Assembly: GCF_006345805.1 (NCBI RefSeq)
Contig: NC_043014.1
Location: 12,090,001 to 12,154,000 of the forward strand
Length of the DNA stretch: 64,000 nucleotides
Direction of reading: 5' to 3'
From: Octopus sinensis
Taxonomy: Eukaryota
Shown one piece after another: positions 25,988 through 39,607 of this stretch. Made by a program: the position numbers and the translations under genes. The notes beneath the pieces are model-generated. The model was not told the origin of the DNA, ran no database searches, and saw only the letters and a program-made list of their open reading frames with translations. Each line of letters begins with the position of its first letter. Position 1 is the stretch's first letter.

Positions 25988-26058
25988 TCACTGCCTGGAA
26001 TCGAACTCGGAATCTTAGGGTTAGTAGCCCGCGTTCTTAACCGCTACGCCATATGTTG
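25692..26058 (-). mobile_element. tRNA-headed SINE carrying a hammerhead motif
   Basis: A-box TGGCGTAGCGG, B-box GAGTTCGATTCC, (AAT)n spacer, hammerhead-containing 3' module and a 9-bp repeat tail (AAATAATGT)n. Confidence 0.8.
25758..25803 (-). ncRNA. Minimal type I hammerhead ribozyme motif
   Basis: GACAC-CTGATGA-A-GGCTGG(AGGGTATA)TCAGCC-GAAA-CG-TT-GTGTT. 5-bp stem I, 6-bp stem II, palindromic AACGTT stem III, GUU site. Confidence 0.82.
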
Positions 26059-26489
26059 TTGTTTCGAAACATTTTTACTTTTACATTCACACACACGTAC
26101 AAACACATACGTAGAGGCATCTTTCATGTTTTACTTGTTTCAGCCACTGAACTCTGGACATACCGGGGCACCGACATGAAGGGTTTACCTCAGGAGTACA
26201 ATTTGTCAAACTCCGGCATTTATTCCATAAATCTCCTTTGTCAAAATAAGTACTAGGCTTATAAAGAATAAGTCCTGGGGTCGATTTGCTCGACTAAAAA
26301 CATGACCACAGTCAAATGACTGAAACAAGTAAAAGATGTATGTGTATACATATATATATATATATATACACACATACATATACACCTATATATACACATA
26401 TACATACACACACATATATATTCATGCATATATATATACATATAATATATATATACATATATATATCTATACATAATATATATACATAC

Positions 26490-26522
<33 letters not shown>

Positions 26523-26624
26523 ATCCATATATATATATATAATCCATATATATATATCCATATATATATATATATATATCCATATATATATATATATATA
26601 TATATCCATATATATATATATATC

Positions 26625-26659
<35 letters not shown>

Positions 26660-26668
26660 TATATATCC

Positions 26669-26705
<37 letters not shown>

Positions 26706-28052
26706 CCATATATATATATATATATATATCCATAATATATATTATATATATATATATATATTACGCTATGTATCATCAATATGTATTTAATACGCGCTAT
26801 TTGTTTTTTGTATTTACACTTATTCCACTATTTATTATTCACCTTCATGTATTCAACTGTATTCCACTTTCACCTTTTAAATTTAATTTTCTGCGAGCTA
26901 TCATGTATTCAGCTTTAACCAACTTATTACACTGCGCGTATATATGTCTTGATTTTAACTGAACAAAAACCAGGATTAATTTGAAATTACAGATTGAAAT
27001 TTAAGAAACCCAAAGTGTGTTTGGTACCTCCTCACGTCTCTATGAGGAACTTTGTTCTTCGAAAACTTTGTAATGAATATGAATCATAATGCTATTATGT
27101 ACATTTGTATCTTTTGCGCATAAACCAAACCTGTTATCTCTTGAAAACCTTTATAACATTATCTAACATGTTTGTAAGATCAAGTACCAATGTGTAAATG
27201 CACATGTATTTTGATAGTTTTGCAGACATATACATGTACAACATTTAGGAAATTAGGTTGAGCATTTGTTGTAGAAAATAACATAATGTAGAATAACGAG
27301 TGAATCATTCGCTGCAACATATTGTACATATTAAAAGTTATCAAACCTGTATATTTGGAAAGCGATAAATATAATTTATTTTTCCTGTTATTTTGGTATT
27401 TTTACTTACATCGTCATACTCTCATTTGAAATTTTTATCTTGTATATTTTTCAACAATATATCTCCAATTGGAAAAATCGAATATTTATACACACAAACC
27501 AAAAAAAGTTAAAACCCGCTGTCATTATTGACAGCTCGGATACTCTAGTAAATTTGAAACAGAAAACCAGAAACAAATCTAGTGACGTTATGAAAGGGAA
27601 ACAGATTCAGTGATGTCATACATTTGTATTGACGTCAAAATACAGATAACAGTCTCACAAACGTTTATAACAGAAGAAAACTATTGAAGTCATGACGCCA
27701 TAAAAAATGAAGCAAACCTCTTGTGTCTTTCTGTTTCAAATTATCTATCATGTCTACGATCTCTGTTGAAAATTTTAGCTGTTAATTCATTCCATACACT
27801 AGTAATGATAATATGAATCATATTTTGTGGCAAGCTGGCAGAATCGTGAGCACATCGGACAAAACGCATAGTGGTATTACTAGCTTTACGTTCTGAGTTC
27901 AGATACCACCTAGGTCCATTGTAATGTTTTAATCTTTTTTCGGGGTCGATTAAATAAGTAGCAGGTGAGCACTGGGATTGATATAATCAACTTGCCCTTT
28001 CCGTTAAAATTGCTGTCCTTGTGTCTACAGTTGAAAGAATTACTAACAATAA

Positions 28053-28285
28053 AGGCGGCGAGCTGGCAGAATCGTTAGCACGCCGGGCGAAATGCTTTGC
28101 AGTATTTCGTCTGCCGCTACGTTCTGAGTTCAAATTCCGCCGAGGTCGACTTTGCCTTTCATCCTTTCGGAGTTGATTAAATACATACCAGTTAAGCACT
28201 GGGGTCGATATAATCGACTTAATCCGTTTGTCTGTCCTTGTTTGTCCCTTCTGTGTTTAGCCCCTTGTGGGTAGTAAACAAATAA
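28053..28285 (+). mobile_element. SINE family B monomer (older copy upstream at 27825-28050)
   Basis: Near-consensus head, body and CCCCTTGTGGGTAGTAAA tail. Confidence 0.9.
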
Positions 28286-29037
28286 ATAATATGATTGGAA
28301 ATTAACAGTTACTAGTCAGTATTACCAAATGAATGGTATCTAATAACGATTTATTAGTGGCAACTGATAATGATCTATGAGCGCTTTTTAAGAATGACTT
28401 ATGACTGATATTTAATGATGGCTTAATGAGTGAACTCTAATGAATAATACTTAAGAAAGATTTATGGGTGGGACTTAACAGCATCTTAAGAATGGTACTT
28501 AGTGACATCATAAGAGTGCTATCTACTAACTACATGTGGATGCCTAAGGAATGATGCTCTGTAAGGACTAAGGAATGATGTCCCATAACGCCTTATGAGG
28601 GGTACCTTATAACATTTTAAAATTAACTGAAAACACTAATGTAGAAAAAGAAACAGACAGACCTGGCACGACAAAGACACCCGGTTTAGGGGACAACTGC
28701 ACCCATCCGTTCTACTCTGCCCACTATTCCTAGGAGGTTACTGGGTTTAGGGTCCTCTGGCGCCTCCTCAATAGGGTTCTATCAGAAGCAGTATCCGGCT
28801 AAAGCATCTGTTTTCAGTAAACCTCTCTATGGATTCCTTATAAACATCATCGGAAATTAAATAAGGTGTGAATAGCAAATAGTTGTTCTGACGTAATTTC
28901 GACCATAATCGGAATATTTCTATTACTTCATCTGCGTATAAAACAAGGCTGAATATATTTAAATATATTATAAATATATATTATATTTATATATTTGTTT
29001 TGCAAGATTTTTGATGTGAAATCGTGTGTTGAAACAG

Positions 29038-29310
29038 ATACTGTTGTATTTAAGAATGGTCATTTTGCCAGTTTAGCCAATAAAAACACACGCACTATAT
29101 ATTTGGTGTTACTTTGCTTCAGCGTTATTTATTTTTTACATTAATCTTAATCTTATTTCGGCCAGAAATGTGACGAAAAAACTTTGGCCGAAATAAGATT
29201 AAGATTAATGTAAAAAATAAATAACGCTGAAGCAAAGTAACACCAAATATATAGTGCGTGTGTTTTTATTGGCAAACTGGCAAAATAACCATTCCTAAAT
29301 ACAACAATAT
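29038..29310. repeat. Long palindrome, ~126-bp arms and 20-bp spacer
   Basis: Arms are reverse complements with few mismatches, centred on TTTCGGCCA...TGGCCGAAA. Confidence 0.95.
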
Positions 29311-29369
29311 ATTATATTATAATGAGCATATTATAGTTTCACAAGGTAGAATCGCATGATGCATTTTTC

Positions 29370-29550
29370 AGGCTGTGTCACCAGGATGGTAACCTAGGAG
29401 TAGAGCAAGAACGAGATGGCTGGATAATATCCATAGCTTCGGTTGGTCACGCTTGGAAATCCAGACTGAAAATCTAATGACGGTTGCTTTTGAGAGGACC
29501 CTGTGAAGAAGGTGTCTGAGAACTCTCCGCCCACGACTCTGCCAGGTATA
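29370..29550 (+). mobile_element. RTE-like LINE 3' remnant
   Basis: PRSRARTRWLDNI...ENLMTVAFER resembles the GRPR.RW.D.I C-terminus of RTE ORFs. Confidence 0.55.
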
Positions 29551-29720
29551 GTAGGCGGAGAAGATAGAATGAGATGGAATGGGATAGGATTGATGGGTGG
29601 ATGGATGGATGCTAATAAATTATTTATTCTAGTATTAATAATAGTTATAATAATGAACTATATTAAGGAACGTGTCATAATTTTACTTCTCTCACACAAT
29701 AAACACAATATATGATATAT

Positions 29721-29790
<70 letters not shown>

Positions 29791-29917
29791 AAAATTGGGT
29801 CTCAATGACACCATTATCTCTTATATATAATATTATTAGGGAATATTATTCCAAACTTACAGGGAAAAATTCAATTTAGTAATACTAGATCAAATTTCAC
29901 AATATATAATATATGTA

Positions 29918-30187
29918 TATAAATGAGAGAAGAACCACCTTTAAGTAATTCAACAATGAAATAATAATGATATAATTAAATTATACCATATAGAAAAAAA
30001 TTAAATATACGATAAAAACATATACCAATAATTAAGTAAAGTACAAAATAATAAATTATAAATGTATAATTTAATTATTGGTATATGTTTTATCGTATAT
30101 TTAATTTTTGTCTATATGGTATAATTTAATTATATCAGTGTTATTTCATTGTTGAATTGCCAAAAGGTGGTTCTTCTTTGATTTATA
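29918..30187. repeat. AT-rich long palindrome, ~118-bp arms and 35-bp spacer
   Basis: Inverted arms agaagaaccacc...ccaataattaa / ttaattattgg...ggtggttcttct. Related scraps at 34690-34850 and 35100-35170. Confidence 0.9.
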
Positions 30188-30193
30188 TATATA

Positions 30194-30265
<72 letters not shown>

Positions 30266-31648
30266 TATATGTGGGGAGGGGGCATATAAATGTATGTACG
30301 CAAATATACAGATATATAATTAGCTTACGAAAATTCTGGTTTAGAATTCTGCGTTTACGGAAAACTGTAGACTACTTATTTCAGGATACGGCCTGTAATT
30401 CCTCCTTTAAGGAAACATGGGTAAATGATAACAATTTTATGAACAAGATTCACGATGCCGATTTTTCGTGTCACACCAACGTTCGTGAATTCCATCTTTT
30501 CCTCCACCTTGTACGCGTGTGTGAGGGTGCACCACATCAACTGACCTGGGCATTGCTTCTACCTTTAATCAAACAGTACTTCTTACTTCACTCATTTCAG
30601 TTTTGCATTTGTATGTTTACGTCAAAAGTTATGACAACCATCTTTTTATCGATGCAGGGCATCACTATTTTCTTCGGATTCTCCTGTTTTATCATTTGCT
30701 GTGAATTTTCTTCCCTATCACCACACACGACAAATTTTTTTGTTTTTAGTTTTCTCATAATGTCGGTTACCCAGTCCATGGCGAAAGATGACCGAGGTCA
30801 CCACTCAATCTAGAGCAATAATTTCTTTTCCTTTTTATGCTACTCTGGTATATTTTATTTCAAACTACCATTATTAAGTTTCAAAACAAAAATAAATAAA
30901 ATAAACTCATTTGAAAAACTAAGAGAAGAAGGACTAGACTGACAATTACAGAAATTTTAAACGCGATTAATAATCAGAACTATTTTTCCTCGAGTTCTAC
31001 AACTAATGAGGTCGATTACCTGACTTCCATGGCGTATAAGTGACCGAGATCACAACAGTTTGCCTGGACGGAACGACGGTCCGTTGCAGAATTCACGGCC
31101 AGTAATTTTTGAGGGAATAGGACTAGATGATTACATCGACTCTCCCCCCAGCACTTGACTATTACCTTATTTTATCGACCCCGAAGGATGAAAAGCAAAG
31201 TTGACCTCGGCAACATTTGAACTGAAAACACAGAGCCGACGTGTTTAACGATTCAACCAATTCACCGCCTTTTCCTGGCATATTACATCACCCATTTGCA
31301 TGACAACTGGAAAGTAAGTATAGAATCATAATAGTAGTTTACTAGCAACGGATTATACAGGTTCAGTTACTTATGAAGCTGAGTATATTTACTGCACCAG
31401 GTCTATTTTACACTACATTTTGAGCCTTAAGTTGATTTTAGAATCTTATTAGGTATCATTGATAAGTCGTTATACAGCGCCACTCAAATGGGTGCCACTC
31501 AGAAGGACTTATTTGGTGCCACTCATTATTCTCTATCAGGAATTAACCATAAGAATTTATAAAGTACCATTCATAAGTATCTTTTAGATAAAACTCTTAC
31601 GGTGTCATTAGGAGCTATTCTTGAGTTGCTGTTACGTAGAAGTGAAGA

Positions 31649-31872
31649 AAGGCGGCGAACTGGCAGAATCGTTAGCACGCCGGGCGAAATGCTTAGCGGT
31701 ATTTCGCCTGCCGCAACGTTCTGAGTTCAAATTCCGCCGAGGTCGACTTTGCCTTTCATCCTTTCGGGGTCGATTAAATAAGTACCAGTTATGCACTGGG
31801 GTCGATATAATCGACTTAATCCGTTTGTGTGTCCTTCTGTGTTTAGCCCCTTGTGGGTAGTAAAGAAATAGG
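31649..31872 (+). mobile_element. SINE family B monomer with 12-bp TSD
   Basis: TSD TAGAAGTGAAGA at 31637-31648 and 31873-31884. The empty site survives in the paralogous segment at ~32155. Confidence 0.92.
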
Positions 31873-32334
31873 TAGAAGTGAAGATATTAGCACAAAAAAA
31901 ATCATAAAACATGAAACTAGCAAGTAAAGTAGGATTGAAACTGAAATCAGAAAAAACAAATTTGCTAAAAAAACAAGCTGAAAGCTAGACAAGCAATTTT
32001 ATCCGACACGATTTTGCCACTTAACTGCCTTGCAGTACAATATATTCTCTAAAAAAGTACTAATCATGTGTATTTATAAAGTACTGTTCATAAGTATCTT
32101 TTAGATAAAACTCTTAAGATGTCATTAGGAGCCATTCTTAAGTTGCTCTTATGTAGAAGTGAAGATATTAGCACGAAAAGGAATCAGAAAGCATGAAAGT
32201 AGCCAGCAAAACTAAAATCAGGTAAAACAACTTTGCTAAAACAAGCTGAAAACCAGACAAGCTGTTTTATCCGACACGATTTTTCCACTTCCATTGCCTT
32301 GCAATGCATAAAATTGCTGATAACCCAAGTAATA

Positions 32335-32705
32335 TACTTTTCTACTCTAGGCCGAAATTTTGGGGCAGGGGTGAGGGCGCAGTCGACCCCAGTACGCAAC
32401 TGGTACTTAATTTATTGATCTCGAAAGGATGAAAGCCAAAGTTGACCTCGGCGGAATTTGAACTCAGAACACAAAGACAGACGAAATACCTATTTCTTTA
32501 CTACCTACAAGGGGCTAAACACAGAGAGGACAAACGAGGACAGACACACGGATTAAGTCGACTATATCGACCCCAGTGCGTAACTGGTACTTATTTAATA
32601 GACCCCCCGAAAAGATGAAAGGCAAAGTCGACCTCGGTGGAATTTGAACTCAGAACGTAGCGGCAGACGAAATACGGCTACGCATTTCGCCCGCTCGCCG
32701 CCTTC
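32335..32705 (-). mobile_element. SINE family B heterodimer
   Basis: Junction GACGAAATACCTATTTC at ~32489 joins units with different tails. Confidence 0.88.
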
Positions 32706-32981
32706 CTACAACACAAATATTGAGAAATAGAACTAGTAGAAATGACTACAAAAAAATAAGAATGATCAAAATGGAAACCATTTACCGTCTACAATGTGGC
32801 CAACACACATAAAATGGAAGCTGATATAGAAACAATAACAGAAAATGCCGCAAAAGCTAAAAAAAAAATGAATCAAATTCAGAACTGCAAAATGTCAATG
32901 CAGAAACAGACACTGGCTTAGCCGGGGAAAAAAACTGTACAGAGGAGACGTGGTTAAAAATAAAAATAGTAGATAAATATA

Positions 32982-33120
32982 GGCGCAGATCTGGCTGCGT
33001 GGTTAGGTAGCGCGCTTTGCAACCGTATGGTTGCAAATATCCTCTACCATAGACCCGATCTGATCAATGCCTTGTAAGTTTGGTAGAGAGAAACTGTGAG
33101 GAAGCTCGCTGCATATATAT

Positions 33121-33163
<43 letters not shown>

Positions 33164-33440
33164 TATATATATATTACTTTTACTGGCTTTAGCTCGACTA
33201 TACTGGAGCACCGATGTTTTGTGTGTGTGTGTGTGTGTGTGTGAATCTGTGTGTCTATGTGTATGTCTGTGTCAATGTCTGGTATCACACTCTATTCCTG
33301 CTTGATAACCAGTGTTGGTTGGCTTATGTCCCCGTAACTTAGCGTTAAAATATGTACCAAACTGGAAAAAAAAGACTTAAGTACTGAGTTGATGCCCCAG
33401 TATGGCCGCAGTCCAACGACTGAAATACGTGACAGATAAA
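32982..33440 (+). mobile_element. SINE family A, degraded
   Basis: Recognisable head, internal microsatellite and 3' module. Confidence 0.7.
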
Positions 33441-33581
33441 TGGGGTTTTTTTCTGGGATTTTCATTTTTCCTTTTCAAGATTGGTACATATTTTACTGTT
33501 AAGTTACGGAGTCATAAAAAAAAACCAACACTAGTTGTCAAGCATTGGATAGAGTATGATACTAAAACACAGGCACAAACA

Positions 33582-33667
<86 letters not shown>

Positions 33668-34501
33668 CACGCGCGCGCGCATAATTTCAGCCACGGCTTG
33701 AATACCTGCTTCTATGCCAGGAATCTAGGAGAGAGGGTGAGTCGTTGCCACCAGCACAAATACTTGACGTGTACTTAATTTTGTCGATTCCGATAGGACG
33801 AAAAGCAAGGCTGATATCAATGTGATTTGAAGCTGATAACGGAAAATAAAAAAACAAGTACACAGCAATGATTTTTGACCGGCATGCAAACATTTCTATC
33901 AATCCACCGAGAAATATCATACCTGATCAGAAAATATTTATTCACTATGTACACGAGATGTTCATATAAATATATATGTAGGAATATCATTAATAATAAA
34001 CACATAGATAAATAATCACATTGATAATAGGATGTTAGTATAGTTCGATAGTGGACTTTGTGTTCTGTATAATGCACACGATGGACTTAAATATAAGGAA
34101 ATGGATGGAGACAATTATATTAGTAATGTTAACAGTTGGTAAGTAGACAAGCAAAGCCACTCATAGCAAGACGCCATTAAAAACCGATATATATGAGTGT
34201 GTTGATGTATATTTATATGTATGTTTGTGCGGGTGTGTATGTATATTATATATACATGCATGCATACACGCATATATGCAAACATACATACATACATACG
34301 CATATATATATATTTGCATACATACACACACATATATGCTTCTGCCAAAATAATCCGAGATCACAGTAAAAGAGAAGAGTTTAAGTGTTTTTATTATGAC
34401 AAGTACTTACGTAATCCTATACGTGTTTTCCAAGCGAATATTAATAGATTTACGGTGCTGCGCTAACTCATTCGAAATAACGCAACTTGATTATATATAT
34501 A

Positions 34502-34544
<43 letters not shown>

Positions 34545-34556
34545 AAAACGTATATC

Positions 34557-34617
<61 letters not shown>

Positions 34618-34850
34618 ATATATAATATATATATAATGCAATAATACATATATATATAAAATGCAATAATGCACATATATATATATATTTACCAAATATA
34701 TACGTTTTATTTATTATTTTGTACGTTACTTAATCATTAGTATATATCTTATCTTATATTTAATTTTTTCTATAGGATGTAATTTTTTCTATATGGTATA
34801 ATTAAATGTTTTCATTGTTGAATTGATAAAAAGTGGGGTTTTTTCTAATT

Positions 34851-34888
<38 letters not shown>

Positions 34889-35166
34889 TCATATAATTAT
34901 ATAATGGACAATATGTCCAATTTTTCGGCATAGCTGGCATTAGAAATTTTTTCGTTTGCCCTTAATTATGAATTGTTTATAGATTTAACCTTTAAAGGTA
35001 TTTTTTGATATGCTGGCCATTGATAAAGTTTTTTTTGAAAAAGAATATATTTTTTTCGAAAAAAATGTTATCCTTCATTAGATATATATATATATATAAT
35101 ATTTTGTGAAATTTTATTTAGTATCCTAAATCGAATTCTTCCTTGTAAGTTTGGAATAATATTCCC

Positions 35167-35248
<82 letters not shown>

Positions 35249-35375
35249 TACTACTGCGAGGATATGTACTGTTCTTATAGGGATGAAATCATCCTAGTTA
35301 CATTGGTGTAATATCCTATATCTATTCTAAGTATCACATCGATATAAATGGGTGTATTAAAATGTGGAATATGAT

Positions 35376-35776
35376 AAACAAGAAGAAAATGGAAAGTATA
35401 AGGATATATATCAATTTATTCACACAGAGTTAATTAAAATACCTACAACTGTTTCAATTTTACGCAATACTAATTAGAAATATATAAATAAAGTAAAACA
35501 AAATTTGCATTTAGAATATTACATGCGTAAAATCTCATCAGGGCTAATCGGCATAAATAGATTACATGTTGCTTAGACAGTCTGTTTTGAAATCTCAACC
35601 TAACAACATGTAATCCTGATGAGATTTAATCATATAATGTTCTAAATGCAAATTTTATTTTATTTAATAAATTTGTAATTAGTATTGAGTAAAATTGAAA
35701 CAATTGTAGGTATTTTAATTAACTATATGTTAATATATTAATTCATATCTATATAGGCTCCATTTTCTTCTTGTTT
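35376..35776. repeat. ~400-bp imperfect palindrome with a hammerhead-like motif in each arm
   Basis: Termini aaacaagaagaaaatgga / tccattttcttcttgttt. CTGATGA...GAAA-CARTTG-TA occurs on minus (35438-35544) and plus (35611-35714). Confidence 0.85.
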
Positions 35777-36093
35777 GTATATATGTATATTCATATATAA
35801 TACTCATATATATATTTATATGTAATATATATATATATTTATTTGACTGTCAAAAATTGTGAAGCATGACTGTCACCACTACTACATGAACCTGAAGATT
35901 ACAGAATTTAATGCATGAAAGTACTAGTTCAATCAGAATGAACATTTAACATTCTATTATATTATTTTATTTTATCATATTATATCATTATAAGATTGTA
36001 AATAAAACGTGAAAATCAGACAAGGTTGGAATTCCTTTCATTAATATATTCTTCTATACACATCACACACACCCGTATATATATATATATAAT

Positions 36094-36150
<57 letters not shown>

Positions 36151-36882
36151 AATACATATATATATTACATATATATTACATGCGTGTGTGTGTGTGGTGT
36201 GTGTGTGAGTGTGTGTGTGTGGGTGTGTATGCATGTAGCTTGTATGTATACATATATACTTTGCTTTTGCATTTGGTTTGCAAGATTCTTTGTGTGAATT
36301 CGTGTGCTAAAACAAATTTTGTTGCGTTTTGGGACTCATTACGACAATATTAACACACACACAGATTCAATTTCATTTTGTTATCATTAGACAATTGGTT
36401 AAACATTTAACCAACTAACAAATCGTTCGTTGATATATATACGTATATACATATATATACACACACACATATAAATGTGTATGTATGTATATATCTACAT
36501 ATAAAAACAGATACATATATGATATGTGCGTGTGTGTATATATGTATATATATAAGTACATATATATTTATATGTTTTGTGTGTGCGTGTGTTTTATACA
36601 TATGTATTTGTATATATAAACATACATATACATATATTCATACATACCCGTGGGGTACACGTGCGATTAATTTGTTAAAAACATTAAAACATCCAAATTA
36701 TTGATGAGTTACAGAACAAACCGAGACATGTGTTATCAGACTTTCCAAAGACAAATCAGTGTTAGTGAGAGACAATGCAACATGCATACAAAGAAAAAAA
36801 AAATGAATTTGATTAATAACAACAATAACCACAACAATGTTGACGAAGATGAGGATATAACAACAACAACAACAACAACAAC

Positions 36883-36932
<50 letters not shown>

Positions 36933-36958
36933 TGATGATGATGATACTTATAATTATA

Positions 36959-37031
<73 letters not shown>

Positions 37032-37151
37032 CAATGTATACTATGAGTTTCTTTGCCCTAGGAGTCGGGAAGACACTCGGCAAGAAATGGAAGTAAATTT
37101 GAAAGAAGAAAAAAAAGTATAATAATAATAATAATTATTATTATTATTATC

Positions 37152-37556
37152 ATAATAATAAAAGAAAGAACATGTATGATAATCGACAAAGCATGCCCCA
37201 GTGACAACAGGATCAGTGTGAAAGAAGAAAAAATAAACAACTATGACGATTGGATGGGGGAAATTCGAAGGTTGTGGTCAATGAAGAGAGTAGACGTGAT
37301 ACCAATAGTAATTGATGCACTTGGAAGTATCAGCACTCAACTACCAACATGGCGGGAAAAGATCGGTGCAAGTGTGAAGGGAGTACACCTACAGAAATCA
37401 GCATTGCTTGGAACTGTAGGAATTCTTCGCAGGGTTCTTAAAGCATGGCCAGTAAAAAAGTGTCACCTTACTCTGTTGACTGTGGACAACTGACACTTTC
37501 CATCATGCCCAGCAAAATAAGCGGTGTGTTTTCATATAACAATAATAATAATAATG
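37152..37556 (+). mobile_element. 5'-truncated R4/Dong-like LINE (second subfamily) in (AAT)n
   Basis: CMIIDKACPSD..KEEKI..Y...EIRRLW..VIPIVIDALG..LQKSALLGT..ILRRVL is homologous to the RLE C-terminus at 480-740. (AAT)n on both sides. Confidence 0.85.
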
Positions 37557-37967
37557 ATGATGATGATCAATAGAAGACAGAAATAAAATTAGGAAGAGTA
37601 ATATAGAAAATAAATTAATAGAAAAAAATTGGTGAAACACATCGTGAATATATTAATAAACCGGATTGCATATAAATTCATTTTTGAAATAATATTTTTA
37701 ATTGGTATTCTTCAATTAAATGAAATGTAATTGGCGTTAAGGTAAGAGATATTGCTTTCAAATTTTGGAATATGACCAGCGATTTGGGGGCATGGGGTAA
37801 GTCTACTACATCGACCCAGTTCTCAACTGGTACTTATTTTATCGATTCCTACTGATTTTATCAACGCCGAAGGGATGAAAGGCGAAGTCAACCTCGGCGG
37901 AATTTGAACTCTGAACGTAAAGACGGAAGAAACGCCGCTAAGTATTTTGCCCGGCGTGCTATACATG

Positions 37968-38061
<94 letters not shown>

Positions 38062-38549
38062 AAATACAAAATGGGACAAGAACGCAAAACATCCGGACAA
38101 CTAGGTGATACAAAAAGGGACAACAAAACATCCAGATATCCGATACAAAGAAAAACAAGGACGAGTCATTCGAAGTTTTCTATCTTCAGTCAAGAACCAA
38201 ATTATCCTCGCAATTTCGGCTGATTATTCTTGGTGCTTGTGCGTGTGTGTATTAGCTTTCTATGTATGGTCCGTATATTCTTTTGGGCTCTGCCCTTATT
38301 TAAATATATGTGTGAGTGTGTGCGTTTTCTTTATAAAGGTAACATGACCCTAATATCTATTTAATAAGATGGAAGCGAATACTATGATGACGAATTGTCT
38401 GTCAAAACGTCAACAGCTACATGACATTAAAGTCAATAAGATTAAATCAAGATTTCAAGTAGTTTAGAAGCGTTGCAACTGAATTTGAAGAGAATTCATA
38501 GACAAAGCAGGAGAAAAAAGACTTCGATCCACTATTTCAACTTTAGTAA

Positions 38550-38970
38550 TACTCTGTTTTACTTGTTTTAGTCATTTGATTGCGGCCATGCAGGAGCACC
38601 GCCTTTAGTCGAGTAAATCGACCCCAGCACTTATTCTTTGTGAGCCTAGTACTTATTGTATCGGTCCTCCTTTGCCGAACCGCTAAGTTACGGGAATGTA
38701 AACACACTAGCATCGGTTGTCAAGCGATGTTGGGGGGACAAACAGAGACGCACAAATATACACATACACTCACACACAGACACAAATATACATAAATATA
38801 CATATATACGATGGGCTTCTTTCAGTTTCCGTCTACCAAATCTACACACAAGGCTTGGGTCGGCCCTAAGCTATAGTAGAAGACACTTGTCTAAGGTGCT
38901 ACGCAGTGGGACTGAACCCGGAACCATGTGGTTGGTAAGCAAGCTACTTACCACACAGCCACTCCGACGC
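38550..38970 (-). mobile_element. SINE family A
   Basis: Full-length reverse copy. Confidence 0.9.
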
Positions 38971-39324
38971 CAAATAGTCATAAACTCTGTGTAATCCCTG
39001 GATTTGCTACAACATTTCCCCCCATATCACGTCTTTCCATTTTAAATATGGAAAAGGAATGCTGAACATCGTATATTCGCCTAAAAGATAGGAGATGAAC
39101 ACAATTGGAAGGCTTTTCCTTATTTTTTTTAGGACGATGCTGTATTCGGTCTCCAAAAGCAGGAATCGATGTCTCATCAGGCGGTGAAACAGCTCTGCAA
39201 ACGTTTCGGTCCCTACCACCGTAACGAGCTTTGTCGAATCAGATTTGCGACTCTGGGCCAAATGTTTCTGTCACTCCCAGTGCCCTTCTTACTGTATCAC
39301 TTTGTCCTCTTTCATGGTCCAGAT

Positions 39325-39568
39325 ATTCTTTTACTTGCTTCAGTCATTTTGACTACGGCCATGCTGGGGCACCGCCTTTTAGTCAAAGTAATCGTCTCCT
39401 GGACTTATTATTTGTAAGCCTAGTACTTATTCTATCAGTCTCTTTTGCCGAACAGCTAAGTTACGGGACGTAAACACACCAGCATCCGTTGTCAAGCGAT
39501 CGTGGAGGGAGAAACACAGGCACAAACACACATACACACACACGCACACACAAATATATATATATATG

Positions 39569-39607
<39 letters not shown>

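Noticed and set aside
25985-26058. Functional tRNA gene
   Set aside because: The acceptor stem is not formed and the sequence runs into a SINE body; the same holds for the other tRNA-like heads.
30157-30813. 218-aa ORF
   Set aside because: It starts in a palindrome and (TA)n; there is no recognisable domain on either strand and no convincing splice sites.
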